In this document: piece after piece, positions 39,895-48,421 of the stretch
How positions within the stretch are numbered: the stretch's first letter is position 1
How the letters are laid out: the number at the start of each line of letters is the position of its first letter
Notes under the pieces: model-generated
The model's input: only the letters and a program-made list of their open reading frames with translations
Database searches by the model: none
Told to the model about the DNA's origin: nothing
Made by a program: the position numbers and the translations under genes
Sequence record: NZ_CP072215.1
Reading direction: 5' to 3' (one strand)
From: a plasmid
DNA length: 64,000 nucleotides

Positions 39895-40590
39895 TCCGAG
39901 AGTGTTTTTGCGTTCACGCAGTATTCTTCCCCACCCTCCCCTTCATCGGAATGACTGTTCTCATTCCCGGTTTGCCCGTAGTCATCCGCTATGCGGCTGA
40001 TTATGGGCAAACCAGAAAAGAGAAGTTCCAAACGTGGGCGGGATTGCAATGGTCATCATCCGGAGCTTCGGCATTGCCGAAACAACCTCCTTCTTCCGTA
40101 TTGCAGTTCCTTCCTTTTACCGTTTGTCCCGGCAGTCCGTTGCTAACCCGTTCCCCCCCTGTCACTTGTGGCAGGGAGATAGGAATACGGTTTTGCAAGC
40201 AAAACCGTATGGTTTGTTTTACTTTCCGTACTGCCCTTTTCCTTGTTTTCTGCCTCCCCTAATGTGCTTTTTTCATAGCTCCATCTGAGATCCTTTGTTT
40301 TTGAACGGCAAATTTATTTCGGTGGATGGATACGAAAGAGTTCCGGTCTTCGCCCCTTTGTCCCGAAAAAAATAACGCCGGACGGCTTCGCTGTCCCCAA
40401 CATTTTTTGTCGTCCAAAACTTTTCTTAATCCCTCCTTCCTTATTGTTGTGTGCCGTAAAAAAAAGGCTCATAAACTCAGATGGGGCATGAAAGCTCAAA
40501 AAAAAAGTCGGCAGAAAGAAAAGGCCATCCCGGAAAGGGGTTTTAAAAAAAGGTCTTTAAATCTAGCTGAAGCATAAAATTAGAAGTTTA
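39895..40590 (+). repeat. Conserved structured non-coding leader element, copy C3
   Basis: See copy C1. Confidence 0.85.
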
Positions 40591-40612
40591 ACAAACTAAG
40601 TAGCAGAAGTAT

Positions 40613-40804
40613 ATGCAAATCATTCAATTTGTTTTTTCGGTCATCATCGCTCTTTGTGCAGTGGCTATGTTTGTCGGAGCGGTAATAACGCCAAGTCCGA
40701 TAAAGGTTGTGTCGGTTACGTTGTTGGCTCTTATTTGCCTATTCTCCTTGTTTCTCGTGAAATTGGCTTATTGTGAAATGAAATCTAAAAATGATATACT
40801 ATGA
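40613..40804 (+). CDS. Small membrane protein
   Basis: 63 aa with two TM helices. Confidence 0.35.
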   Translation: MQIIQFVFSVIIALCAVAMFVGAVITPSPIKVVSVTLLALICLFSLFLVKLAYCEMKSKNDIL

Positions 40805-41211
40805 AAGTGTCAGAACAATTTAAAAGTACCATCAAGGCATACCTTGATAATATGGCAGCGGTGGATAGTCTGTTTGCTCCAGTCTATCAAAAACCTACAA
40901 AGAATATAGATAATTGCATTACCTATATTTTAAACCAAGTGAAGAAAAGCGGTTGCTGTGGTTTTAGTGATGATGAAATTTTTGGTATGGCGTTGCACTA
41001 TTATCAGGAAGATAATATTGAGGTGGGTAGCCCATTGAAATGTAATGTAGTCGTAAATCATCATGTTGAATTGTCAGAGGAAGAAAAGAAAGCGGCTCGT
41101 GAGGCTGCTATCAAAAAATTGCAGGAGGAAGAATTGGCAAAGTTGAAGAAGCGTCAACAAGCTAAACGTGAGAACAACACCGAAGTACAAACCCAGTTAA
41201 CTCTTTTTTGA
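40801..41211 (+). CDS. PcfK-like protein
   Basis: 136-aa protein immediately upstream of a PcfJ-like gene. The pcfK-pcfJ pairing is typical. Confidence 0.55.
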   Translation: MKVSEQFKSTIKAYLDNMAAVDSLFAPVYQKPTKNIDNCITYILNQVKKSGCCGFSDDEIFGMALHYYQEDNIEVGSPLKCNVVVNHHVELSEEEKKAAREAAIKKLQEEELAKLKKRQQAKRENNTEVQTQLTLF

Positions 41212-41212
41212 T

Positions 41213-42460
41213 ATGAAACCCAAGACAAAATTACAAATGGAAATCGTGAATGGGAGCAGGAAGTTAGCTCCCGTTTCAGAGGCTCAAAAGCGTTATGCCT
41301 ATAAACATTGCTTTGTGCATTATTTCAAGCGTGATGCAAAGGGGAATTGCTTTTGTTTGGATTGTGGGCATACATGGCGGGATAAGGAAGATAAGAAAAA
41401 CTGTAAATGTCCTCATTGCGGTATGAACCTGAAATTGGAGAATAGCAGGAAAAGGACGGCTGTATATAAAGAATATTTTTGTGTGATTACTACATACAAG
41501 CAATATCAAGTTATCCGTTTTTTTATGGTGGACTGCCGGCTGAAAAAAGGGTCTCCGGCTAATTACTTTATAATTGAGGCGGTACAGTGTTGGATGAATA
41601 AAGAGGGCAAGACAGAAACGCTGTCTTTGCTGCGGGGCATGTCTATATTTTATTACGATGCATGGATATATGGAAGTTCTTTGGAATTGCGTAAGCGGAA
41701 TGTGCATCATGACCGTATTTATGATATTTGCCCGGCAGTTATCTATCCGAGAATGAAAGTGATACCCGAACTTACGAGGAATGGATTTAAGGGTGCCTTT
41801 TATGATATTTGTCCGAGTTCCTTCTTTATGACATTATTAACTGATAATCGGATGGAGATATTATATAAGGCAGGGCAAATGAATTTGTTCTTGAGATTTT
41901 TAGAGAGAAAATACGGTATAGATAAGTATTGGACGTATGTAAAAATCTGTTTAAGACATGACTATGTGATACATGATGCGGACTTGTGGCTGGACTATGT
42001 GGATATGCTGATAGAAAATAAATTGGATGCGAGAAATCCTCATTATTTGTGTCCGTTGAATGTAGAAGAAGCGCATGATTGGGTGATGGGGAAATGTAAG
42101 AAAAAATATTCTGAAAAGGATGAAAAAGACTATATTGCTGCCAAATCACGTTTCTTTAATCTTTCGTTTGCGGATGGAAATATTATGGTTCGGGTATTGG
42201 AAAGCCTTTCGGACTTTTACAAAGAGGGAAAGTTGCTGCATCATTGTGTATTCAGCAACGCCTATTATAAGAGAGAAGATTCGTTGATAATGTCGGCAAC
42301 GGTGGATGGAAGGCGCATGGAAACGGTGGAGTTTTCACTTAGCAGGATGGAGGTGTGCCAGTGTCGTGGAAAGTCTAACCAATTATCAGCCTATCATGAC
42401 CGGATTCTGAATTTGGTACGGGATAATATACCGTTGATAAGGGAAAGGATGGTAGTGTAA
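41213..42460 (+). CDS. PcfJ-like protein
   Basis: 415 aa with an N-terminal Cys4 zinc-ribbon-like motif (CLDCGHTW...CPHCG) and conserved PcfJ-family C-terminal residues. Confidence 0.65.
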   Translation: MKPKTKLQMEIVNGSRKLAPVSEAQKRYAYKHCFVHYFKRDAKGNCFCLDCGHTWRDKEDKKNCKCPHCGMNLKLENSRKRTAVYKEYFCVITTYKQYQVIRFFMVDCRLKKGSPANYFIIEAVQCWMNKEGKTETLSLLRGMSIFYYDAWIYGSSLELRKRNVHHDRIYDICPAVIYPRMKVIPELTRNGFKGAFYDICPSSFFMTLLTDNRMEILYKAGQMNLFLRFLERKYGIDKYWTYVKICLRHDYVIHDADLWLDYVDMLIENKLDARNPHYLCPLNVEEAHDWVMGKCKKKYSEKDEKDYIAAKSRFFNLSFADGNIMVRVLESLSDFYKEGKLLHHCVFSNAYYKREDSLIMSATVDGRRMETVEFSLSRMEVCQCRGKSNQLSAYHDRILNLVRDNIPLIRERMVV

Positions 42461-42559
42461 TGAATAGCCCACACATCTAAATGTGTGGGAGTTCTTTTTT
42501 GGAAGACGCCCAAAAAAGAACCCCAAAAAACGTTGTCGCTACACATCGTTACGCTCGGA

Positions 42560-43045
42560 TTATTTGCTTGTCGGCTTTAGTTTGCCGATACATTTTTCCA
42601 TGTCGGGGGACAATAGGAAAGAAGCCGTCTTTTTCTGCTGCACCCCTGAGTGTGGCTGGACGATGGCATACCTGCATTTTAATATCTTGCCGATAACTTC
42701 CGTACTGTCACGGTGCAGGTACATGGCTTTCATGGCATCCGTTGCTTTCAGGCTTTTTTCGGCTTCCATATAGGCGGAAAAGGACGGTTTGAATAAGGCA
42801 CGGGGACTTTCCGCTTTCTGTATGACAGCGGATAATTGTGCGCTTTTGTTGTTCAGGTAGCACAGGCTGTCCGATACGGTGACGTCTTCTGTTTCCAACA
42901 CTTCCAGTAGTTCGAACTTTAAATCCGTCCAGGTGCCGTGAGAATCTGTCTGAACCCATTCCGCAATGGCCTTCTCATAGCCGGGTTTGCTGCATGAGGA
43001 AAAGGCAATGAGCAGCATACAAAAAAATAAATGCTTGATATTCAT
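42560..43045 (-). CDS. Hypothetical lipoprotein
   Basis: Signal peptide plus lipobox (FSSCSK). Confidence 0.45.
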   Translation of the reverse strand: MNIKHLFFCMLLIAFSSCSKPGYEKAIAEWVQTDSHGTWTDLKFELLEVLETEDVTVSDSLCYLNNKSAQLSAVIQKAESPRALFKPSFSAYMEAEKSLKATDAMKAMYLHRDSTEVIGKILKCRYAIVQPHSGVQQKKTASFLLSPDMEKCIGKLKPTSK

Positions 43046-43098
43046 ATTGATCTGATTTTATAGGTTGTCGTATTATGTGATGGAGCAAATCTATGAGG

Positions 43099-44124
43099 TT
43101 ACTGGCCGTCCTCCGTGGAGGAACAGATGCCACACGAGATTTTCAGATCATCGTTCCAATCCTTGTTTTCCGAAAGTTCGACGTTCTTCAGTTTCCGTAC
43201 CTTGTTGCGGAGTTCATCGTTACTCAGGCTCTCGACATCAGTCGTATCGCCATGAAAGTAACGATGCAGCCATAGAGTGTACTTGTGCCCTTGTTTGTCG
43301 TTGTCAAAGATGCTCCGGAGCTCCTTTACCTGGTTCTTGTCAAGAATCAGGCGTAATAGCCTCATTTGTCCTTCCGTGAATGTCCCTTCCGTAGATACAT
43401 ATACAAGATTGAGGTCGTTTCCGGAATGGCGTAATTGATAGTGGGAGATACAGTCTATAAATGACTCCCCAATGTAGAGAATGTCTATCGGGCGGCTTTT
43501 GTCATGGTTGCTGGTCGCCAGACAGTCGAACTTGCCACCGATAATCCCTTTGAATGTTTCATTTCGTTGAGAAATGGCTTGCACACCGTTTTCATTGTAC
43601 ATCTTGATGCACACGTTGCGGTAAACACTCCCTTTGTTCTTTACCTCACGGATAAAGAAAGTGTCTTTGAAGAACCGGCTTTCAATGCTTTCTTTCAGGA
43701 TACCTCTTTTCTGGAGATAATTGCCCTTGTAGGGTTGTAGCTGGCTCAAGTAGAATTGAAGTTCGTCCGCTCTCATGCTTGTGTTACCTACTTCATACCG
43801 GCTTTTTTCGGGTGTCGTGATGCGGTTGGTGTTGATGTAGTTCTGAAGGATCTCCCCCACCTCGCGCAAGGACGGCATTTTTCCGGTTGTTTCAAATAGA
43901 TGTTCCTGCATCAGATCCATGATACTGCGGCCACGCACGCTGTCACTATGCACGTCCCAATAGGTGTATTGGTTCTGCGAGTTCCGCTTGATGACGATGG
44001 TATGCGTTCCGTTGCTCATTTTGGGACAGGAGTTGGAAGAGCCTTCCACGATTTTCCATCCTAGTTCCAGCAGGAAATCGGGCAGAGAAATGGTTGTTTT
44101 TATCTGATTGAAATCGACTTTCAT
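43099..44124 (-). CDS. Toprim-domain primase-like protein (TraP-like)
   Basis: Acidic toprim motifs (YIGESFIDCIS, DND) in the C-terminal half. Size and context match ICE primases. Confidence 0.55.
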   Translation of the reverse strand: MKVDFNQIKTTISLPDFLLELGWKIVEGSSNSCPKMSNGTHTIVIKRNSQNQYTYWDVHSDSVRGRSIMDLMQEHLFETTGKMPSLREVGEILQNYINTNRITTPEKSRYEVGNTSMRADELQFYLSQLQPYKGNYLQKRGILKESIESRFFKDTFFIREVKNKGSVYRNVCIKMYNENGVQAISQRNETFKGIIGGKFDCLATSNHDKSRPIDILYIGESFIDCISHYQLRHSGNDLNLVYVSTEGTFTEGQMRLLRLILDKNQVKELRSIFDNDKQGHKYTLWLHRYFHGDTTDVESLSNDELRNKVRKLKNVELSENKDWNDDLKISCGICSSTEDGQ

Positions 44125-44259
44125 AACGTTGACTGGATTAGTTGAATCTCATTTTATCTGAGCTTAGATTATAAATGAGAAAGATTATCTTTCATAAAGA
44201 TAAGAAATATCATCTAAATATGGAAGAGAAAGTATATGTTTTTTGATTCGTCTGCATTT

Positions 44260-44679
44260 TTATTTCAAGGTACTGTAAACCAAATCAACAGTAGTGTCTA
44301 TACCGGGAACGGCCTCCAACTGTTTGCTCTGGTTGAATACGCTTTCCCCGTCTTTTTTTATCTGCATGGTGATGATAGCACTCTCTTTTGAATAGAGAAT
44401 GCCTTGCACGGTAATTTGGCTGACAGGCTTTTCCGTGCTGTATTCCGCTTTATCGGTGAAACTCTCATCTACGGAAGCTGCGGAGGTACCGGTGCGTTCG
44501 TTCCTGAATCTCACGCCGTCAAGATTATATATATGCACACTGCCTTTGGGTGAGGAACCGGTTACGGCTACGGTGATGTGATACATGCCGGCTTTGTCTG
44601 TTTCCGATTGGATTTCCTCTTTGTTGCATGAAGCGGCCAATAAGCAGGCTGCCGCTAATAATGAATGAATTTTTCTCAT
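44260..44679 (-). CDS. Hypothetical lipoprotein
   Basis: Signal peptide plus lipobox (LLAASCNK). Confidence 0.45.
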   Translation of the reverse strand: MRKIHSLLAAACLLAASCNKEEIQSETDKAGMYHITVAVTGSSPKGSVHIYNLDGVRFRNERTGTSAASVDESFTDKAEYSTEKPVSQITVQGILYSKESAIITMQIKKDGESVFNQSKQLEAVPGIDTTVDLVYSTLK

Positions 44680-44701
44680 GGTAGGATTCTTTTGTTGAAT
44701 G

Positions 44702-46648
44702 TTATCGGATGATTTTTTGTTCTGTCTTGTGTGTCCCGGTTGGCGGAACTGCTGACTTTTCTTTTAATTTGTCCTCTATCTTTTTGAGGATGGCGTTGAC
44801 ATCTTCAATGATTTTGATGTAGTTCTGCTGGATAATCTCTTCCAGGATTTCCAGTTCCATCTCTTCTTTGCCGTTGCCCAGTTTGACCGGTAAGGAGAAA
44901 CGGGGTATCTCCTTCTCTTCAAAACGGCACATATCCATCTGCACGCTGAAGAATGGCGGCTTGCCTCCGGCAATCTTGCCAATGAAGTGTCCGGCTGCTT
45001 GTCCGGCAATGTCCCTTGCCTTTAAGACTTTTTCTTTTTGCAGGCTCTCCGTGACACTGTTATTGCCACCGGCTTGGTGTGAATAAGATTCTTGCGCTTC
45101 TTTCTTCTCCCCAAGCAAGTTCTCGATGTCTTTGGCGGTCTTCTCATTTCCGGTCATACCGTAAGCCTGCGTTCCGCAGGAGGCTTTCAGGATGTTGGCA
45201 CTTTTCTCTCCATAGTCCCTGACCGCTTGGTTGAAGTCCTGAACGGCGAGAATGGTAGCGACATTGTGCTTCCGGGCGGTTCCGATGAAAGTGTCAATGC
45301 CTTGCAACAGGATGGTCGGAAATTCATCTACCATGAATATGCTGGTCGCTTTGCCGGGATTGTTCATCTGTGACATCAAGACGCTGCCGATGCAGGAAAT
45401 AGCAGGGGAAACGGCTTCCTTGATGGTGGGCGCATTGCCTACGCATAACAGCGTTGGGTGTTCCTTGTTGGTTATATCCAAAGAGAACTCTTCTTCGGGA
45501 AGTGGCGACAACACCCAGAAGATGTATTTGTTGTTCAGGAGTACCAACGGAGTCTGTGCGGATGATACGGCTCCGGCTGTCTGCTGTTGTGCACCCAGTT
45601 TCCAGGCGGTCAGCATGGAGGACATGTTCAATGCGATTTCAGGATCTTCCGACAGCCAGTGGAATACTAGGTTGCTGTCAGAAAGGGCAAGGGCTATCAC
45701 ATGGGGCAGCGTACAGATACCAAGCTTCCTTTCCTTGAAACATTTATAGGCGATTGAATAGACGTAGTTGATGGCATTGTTGGCCCAAAAGTCGGTCTTT
45801 TCCTTCCAGCTTGCTTCCAGATTCTTCATCAGTGTCATGATGATATTGCGGATGAATAGCGATTCGTTTCCCTTTGACATGTATTGCGGAGAAAGTACGT
45901 TCACCCTGACCGTGCGTGACATATCCACAAAGTTGATATAGGCGAAACGGGGTGTTTCCATCCCCTTGTTCCGGAAATGTTCGATGCTTCCGTATGCGAT
46001 ACGTGAGAGGATGGGTGACTTGTCCTTGGTGGGATCACCCTCCCAATCGTACACGAATCCGGCATAGTTGCGCTCGGCGCACTGGTAGATGATTCCCTTG
46101 ATCCAGCTCTCTGATTTACCGCTTCCCGGACCGCCGTCGATATAGACATTCTGCTGCGGCTTATGGATGACCAGCGGCCCGGAGGCGGTTTCAAAGCGGA
46201 AGTAGAAAGCCGATTCTTCCCGGCTTAACCCGAAAATGCTATCATCGGATTGGGCATGACGCCGGATGAAATAAGGCAGAGTCTTGATGACAAGCAGCGT
46301 GTACGCTACGAATAGAATGGGAAATACAAATAGGTTATACCACGCTGATAACCGGCTGAATCCGACAACCAGCATGGATGCCGTAACCAGTGTCATACTG
46401 GTGTAAACCCATTTCTTGTTTTCGTCTTTCACTTTGCCAACCGGAAAGAGAAAAGCGAGGCCTCCGATCAGGATAACGTAGAGAAACCGGAATAGGATAT
46501 CCTTCTCCATCAGCCTTTCCCACATGGCCGGATTACGTAGTGGAGCGTATAATCCCGTAACGATAGCCCACTGAAACAGTACGGCTGTCCCGATGAGCGT
46601 GGATAGCAGGATCAGGATGAATGACAGGTCTTTCTTCTCTCTTTCCAT
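44702..46648 (-). CDS. Type IV coupling protein (VirD4/TraD-like; Bacteroides MobC-type)
   Basis: N-terminal TM helices, Walker A (GGPGSGKSES), a Walker B-like region, and a length of 648 aa. Confidence 0.85.
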   Translation of the reverse strand: MEREKKDLSFILILLSTLIGTAVLFQWAIVTGLYAPLRNPAMWERLMEKDILFRFLYVILIGGLAFLFPVGKVKDENKKWVYTSMTLVTASMLVVGFSRLSAWYNLFVFPILFVAYTLLVIKTLPYFIRRHAQSDDSIFGLSREESAFYFRFETASGPLVIHKPQQNVYIDGGPGSGKSESWIKGIIYQCAERNYAGFVYDWEGDPTKDKSPILSRIAYGSIEHFRNKGMETPRFAYINFVDMSRTVRVNVLSPQYMSKGNESLFIRNIIMTLMKNLEASWKEKTDFWANNAINYVYSIAYKCFKERKLGICTLPHVIALALSDSNLVFHWLSEDPEIALNMSSMLTAWKLGAQQQTAGAVSSAQTPLVLLNNKYIFWVLSPLPEEEFSLDITNKEHPTLLCVGNAPTIKEAVSPAISCIGSVLMSQMNNPGKATSIFMVDEFPTILLQGIDTFIGTARKHNVATILAVQDFNQAVRDYGEKSANILKASCGTQAYGMTGNEKTAKDIENLLGEKKEAQESYSHQAGGNNSVTESLQKEKVLKARDIAGQAAGHFIGKIAGGKPPFFSVQMDMCRFEEKEIPRFSLPVKLGNGKEEMELEILEEIIQQNYIKIIEDVNAILKKIEDKLKEKSAVPPTGTHKTEQKIIR

Positions 46649-46659
46649 GGCCGTTGCTG

Positions 46660-47043
46660 TTATTGGGGTTGTCCGGATGCCGTTCCGTCACCGCTCTCTT
46701 TTTTCTCTGCCTTTCCCAGTAACTCAATGCGTGAGACGGTCAGGCTGACGGATGGGATGTGGCTACCGTCATCCTTCTGGAATACATCGGCATACACATC
46801 GCCGCAGACATATACCTGTGTCCCTTTTTTCAGATACTCAAAGACTTTACTCTCGTAATTCACGAAACAGCATACCCATAGGGTCTGTTCCTCGTTGTTC
46901 ACGTTCTTGTACTTGGTGGATACATGGAAGTTGAATCCTTTTCCGTTCTTGTTCTGCCGGGCATCCGCACCGACATAACCGATAATTTGTCCTGTAAACA
47001 TAATGATGGTTTTTAAAAGTTTATAATCCGAGCTGTGGCTCAT
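46660..47043 (-). CDS. ssb: Single-stranded DNA-binding protein
   Basis: OB-fold SSB core (FTGQIIGYVGADARQNKNGKGFNFHVSTKYKN...LWVCCF). Confidence 0.8.
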   Translation of the reverse strand: MSHSSDYKLLKTIIMFTGQIIGYVGADARQNKNGKGFNFHVSTKYKNVNNEEQTLWVCCFVNYESKVFEYLKKGTQVYVCGDVYADVFQKDDGSHIPSVSLTVSRIELLGKAEKKESGDGTASGQPQ

Positions 47044-48214
47044 TCATATTTTTCATGGCTGGCTCCGCTTCCATGGAAGGCAGCGAAATGCCGAAAGTGC
47101 TGTGTAGCGTTTCAAGGTTGTCGGCTGTAGGATGGTTTGCCGCAACACTTTCCAATAACCGTGATGAAGGGGTAAAACCTTCGTTTTTCATCTGCTCCAA
47201 TACCGGACGGTTGTCTTGCAGGACGGCCTGCGTGAACCGTTCCTCCGGTGTGAGGTACTGTTCCATCCGTGCGGTATGTTCCTGAATCATATTGCTGGCT
47301 TTTCCTACATCGGCAAGGATGTTGTAGATGAATTTGGGATCTTCTTTCAAGGCTCCCAGCCAGTTTTTTAGATACATGGCATTTTCTTCCCGGATATGGG
47401 TGGATATTCCCAGGCTTTGCCCGACGGTAGCGGAGGTGAGTTCGGCAACCAGTTCCTCTTTGGCATATTGCTTGTCTCCGAAAATCACGCCTTTTTCCCG
47501 GTTCAGATGCTCAGGTTCTCCAGTCGAGTGCGCCATCTCATGCAGTAGTGTGGAGTAGAAATTCTCTCCGTCCTTAAACTGCCCCTTCAGGGGTACGACG
47601 ATATGGTTATCTTCTCCCCTTGCATGGTAAGCACTATTTCCTTCCTTGGAATAAATGGGGCAGATCCATTGCTGTTCCCGTACCATCGCATCAATCAGAG
47701 GCACGGTGAGCATCCCTTGCTCGTCCTTGATGGCCGGTATCTTGAATTGCTCCTTCAATGCTTCCCATTTCTCCGGTTTCGTTTCCTGAAGATTGGTCTG
47801 CTGTACGTTGAACACATTGTATGTCTTCAGAAACGGCGTGACCTTATATTCCTGCTGCTCGTTTTTATCCAGGTTCTTATATACGTCGAAAGGTATTTTC
47901 TTTCCGTTCTTGTCTCTTACTGAGAAATTCCAGTAAATGACTGGGAATGACTTTTCTCCTTTCAGTATGTTAAGGCCGTTGTCTTTGGCTTGCATGAAGG
48001 TCATATAGACCGGCAGGCTGTACTGCTCTTTTTCCGAAAGTAGAAACAACATGAAGGAATTTACTCCGTTGTAGGTTCTTCCCTCGATATTTTGCGGAAG
48101 TCCCCCACCCTTTATCCCGAACCAAGGCTTTTGCCAGTTGTCTTCCACCTGCTTTATCTTTTCGATCATCAGTTCGGCGAAACGCTGTAATGCTTTATCA
48201 CTTGCTGTATCCAT
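47021..48214 (-). CDS. ardC: ArdC-like antirestriction protein (N-terminal ssDNA-binding domain + zincin-like metallopeptidase, DUF1738)
   Basis: HExxH motif (HEMAHSTGE) in the C-terminal half and an ArdC-N-like N-terminus. Confidence 0.75.
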   Translation of the reverse strand: MDTASDKALQRFAELMIEKIKQVEDNWQKPWFGIKGGGLPQNIEGRTYNGVNSFMLFLLSEKEQYSLPVYMTFMQAKDNGLNILKGEKSFPVIYWNFSVRDKNGKKIPFDVYKNLDKNEQQEYKVTPFLKTYNVFNVQQTNLQETKPEKWEALKEQFKIPAIKDEQGMLTVPLIDAMVREQQWICPIYSKEGNSAYHARGEDNHIVVPLKGQFKDGENFYSTLLHEMAHSTGEPEHLNREKGVIFGDKQYAKEELVAELTSATVGQSLGISTHIREENAMYLKNWLGALKEDPKFIYNILADVGKASNMIQEHTARMEQYLTPEERFTQAVLQDNRPVLEQMKNEGFTPSSRLLESVAANHPTADNLETLHSTFGISLPSMEAEPAMKNMNEPQLGL

Positions 48215-48217
48215 GAT

Positions 48218-48403
48218 TTATTGGTATAGATTTCTGTTCTCGTAATCAAGCAGCCATTCTCTGGCCGTTTGGTTGTTTGTCTCTTGCTGCTTGGCAGCCA
48301 TCTCTTCTTGATAGGCTTGTGCAAGCTCTTCCTGTGCAAGTAGAAACTCTAAGTCACTGATTTCTCCTGCAATGTTTTTCTGTACTAATTCATCGTAATC
48401 CAT
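48218..48403 (-). CDS. Hypothetical small acidic protein
   Basis: 61-aa ORF in operon position. Confidence 0.3.
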   Translation of the reverse strand: MDYDELVQKNIAGEISDLEFLLAQEELAQAYQEEMAAKQQETNNQTAREWLLDYENRNLYQ

Positions 48404-48421
48404 AATTCCTGATTTTTTAGG

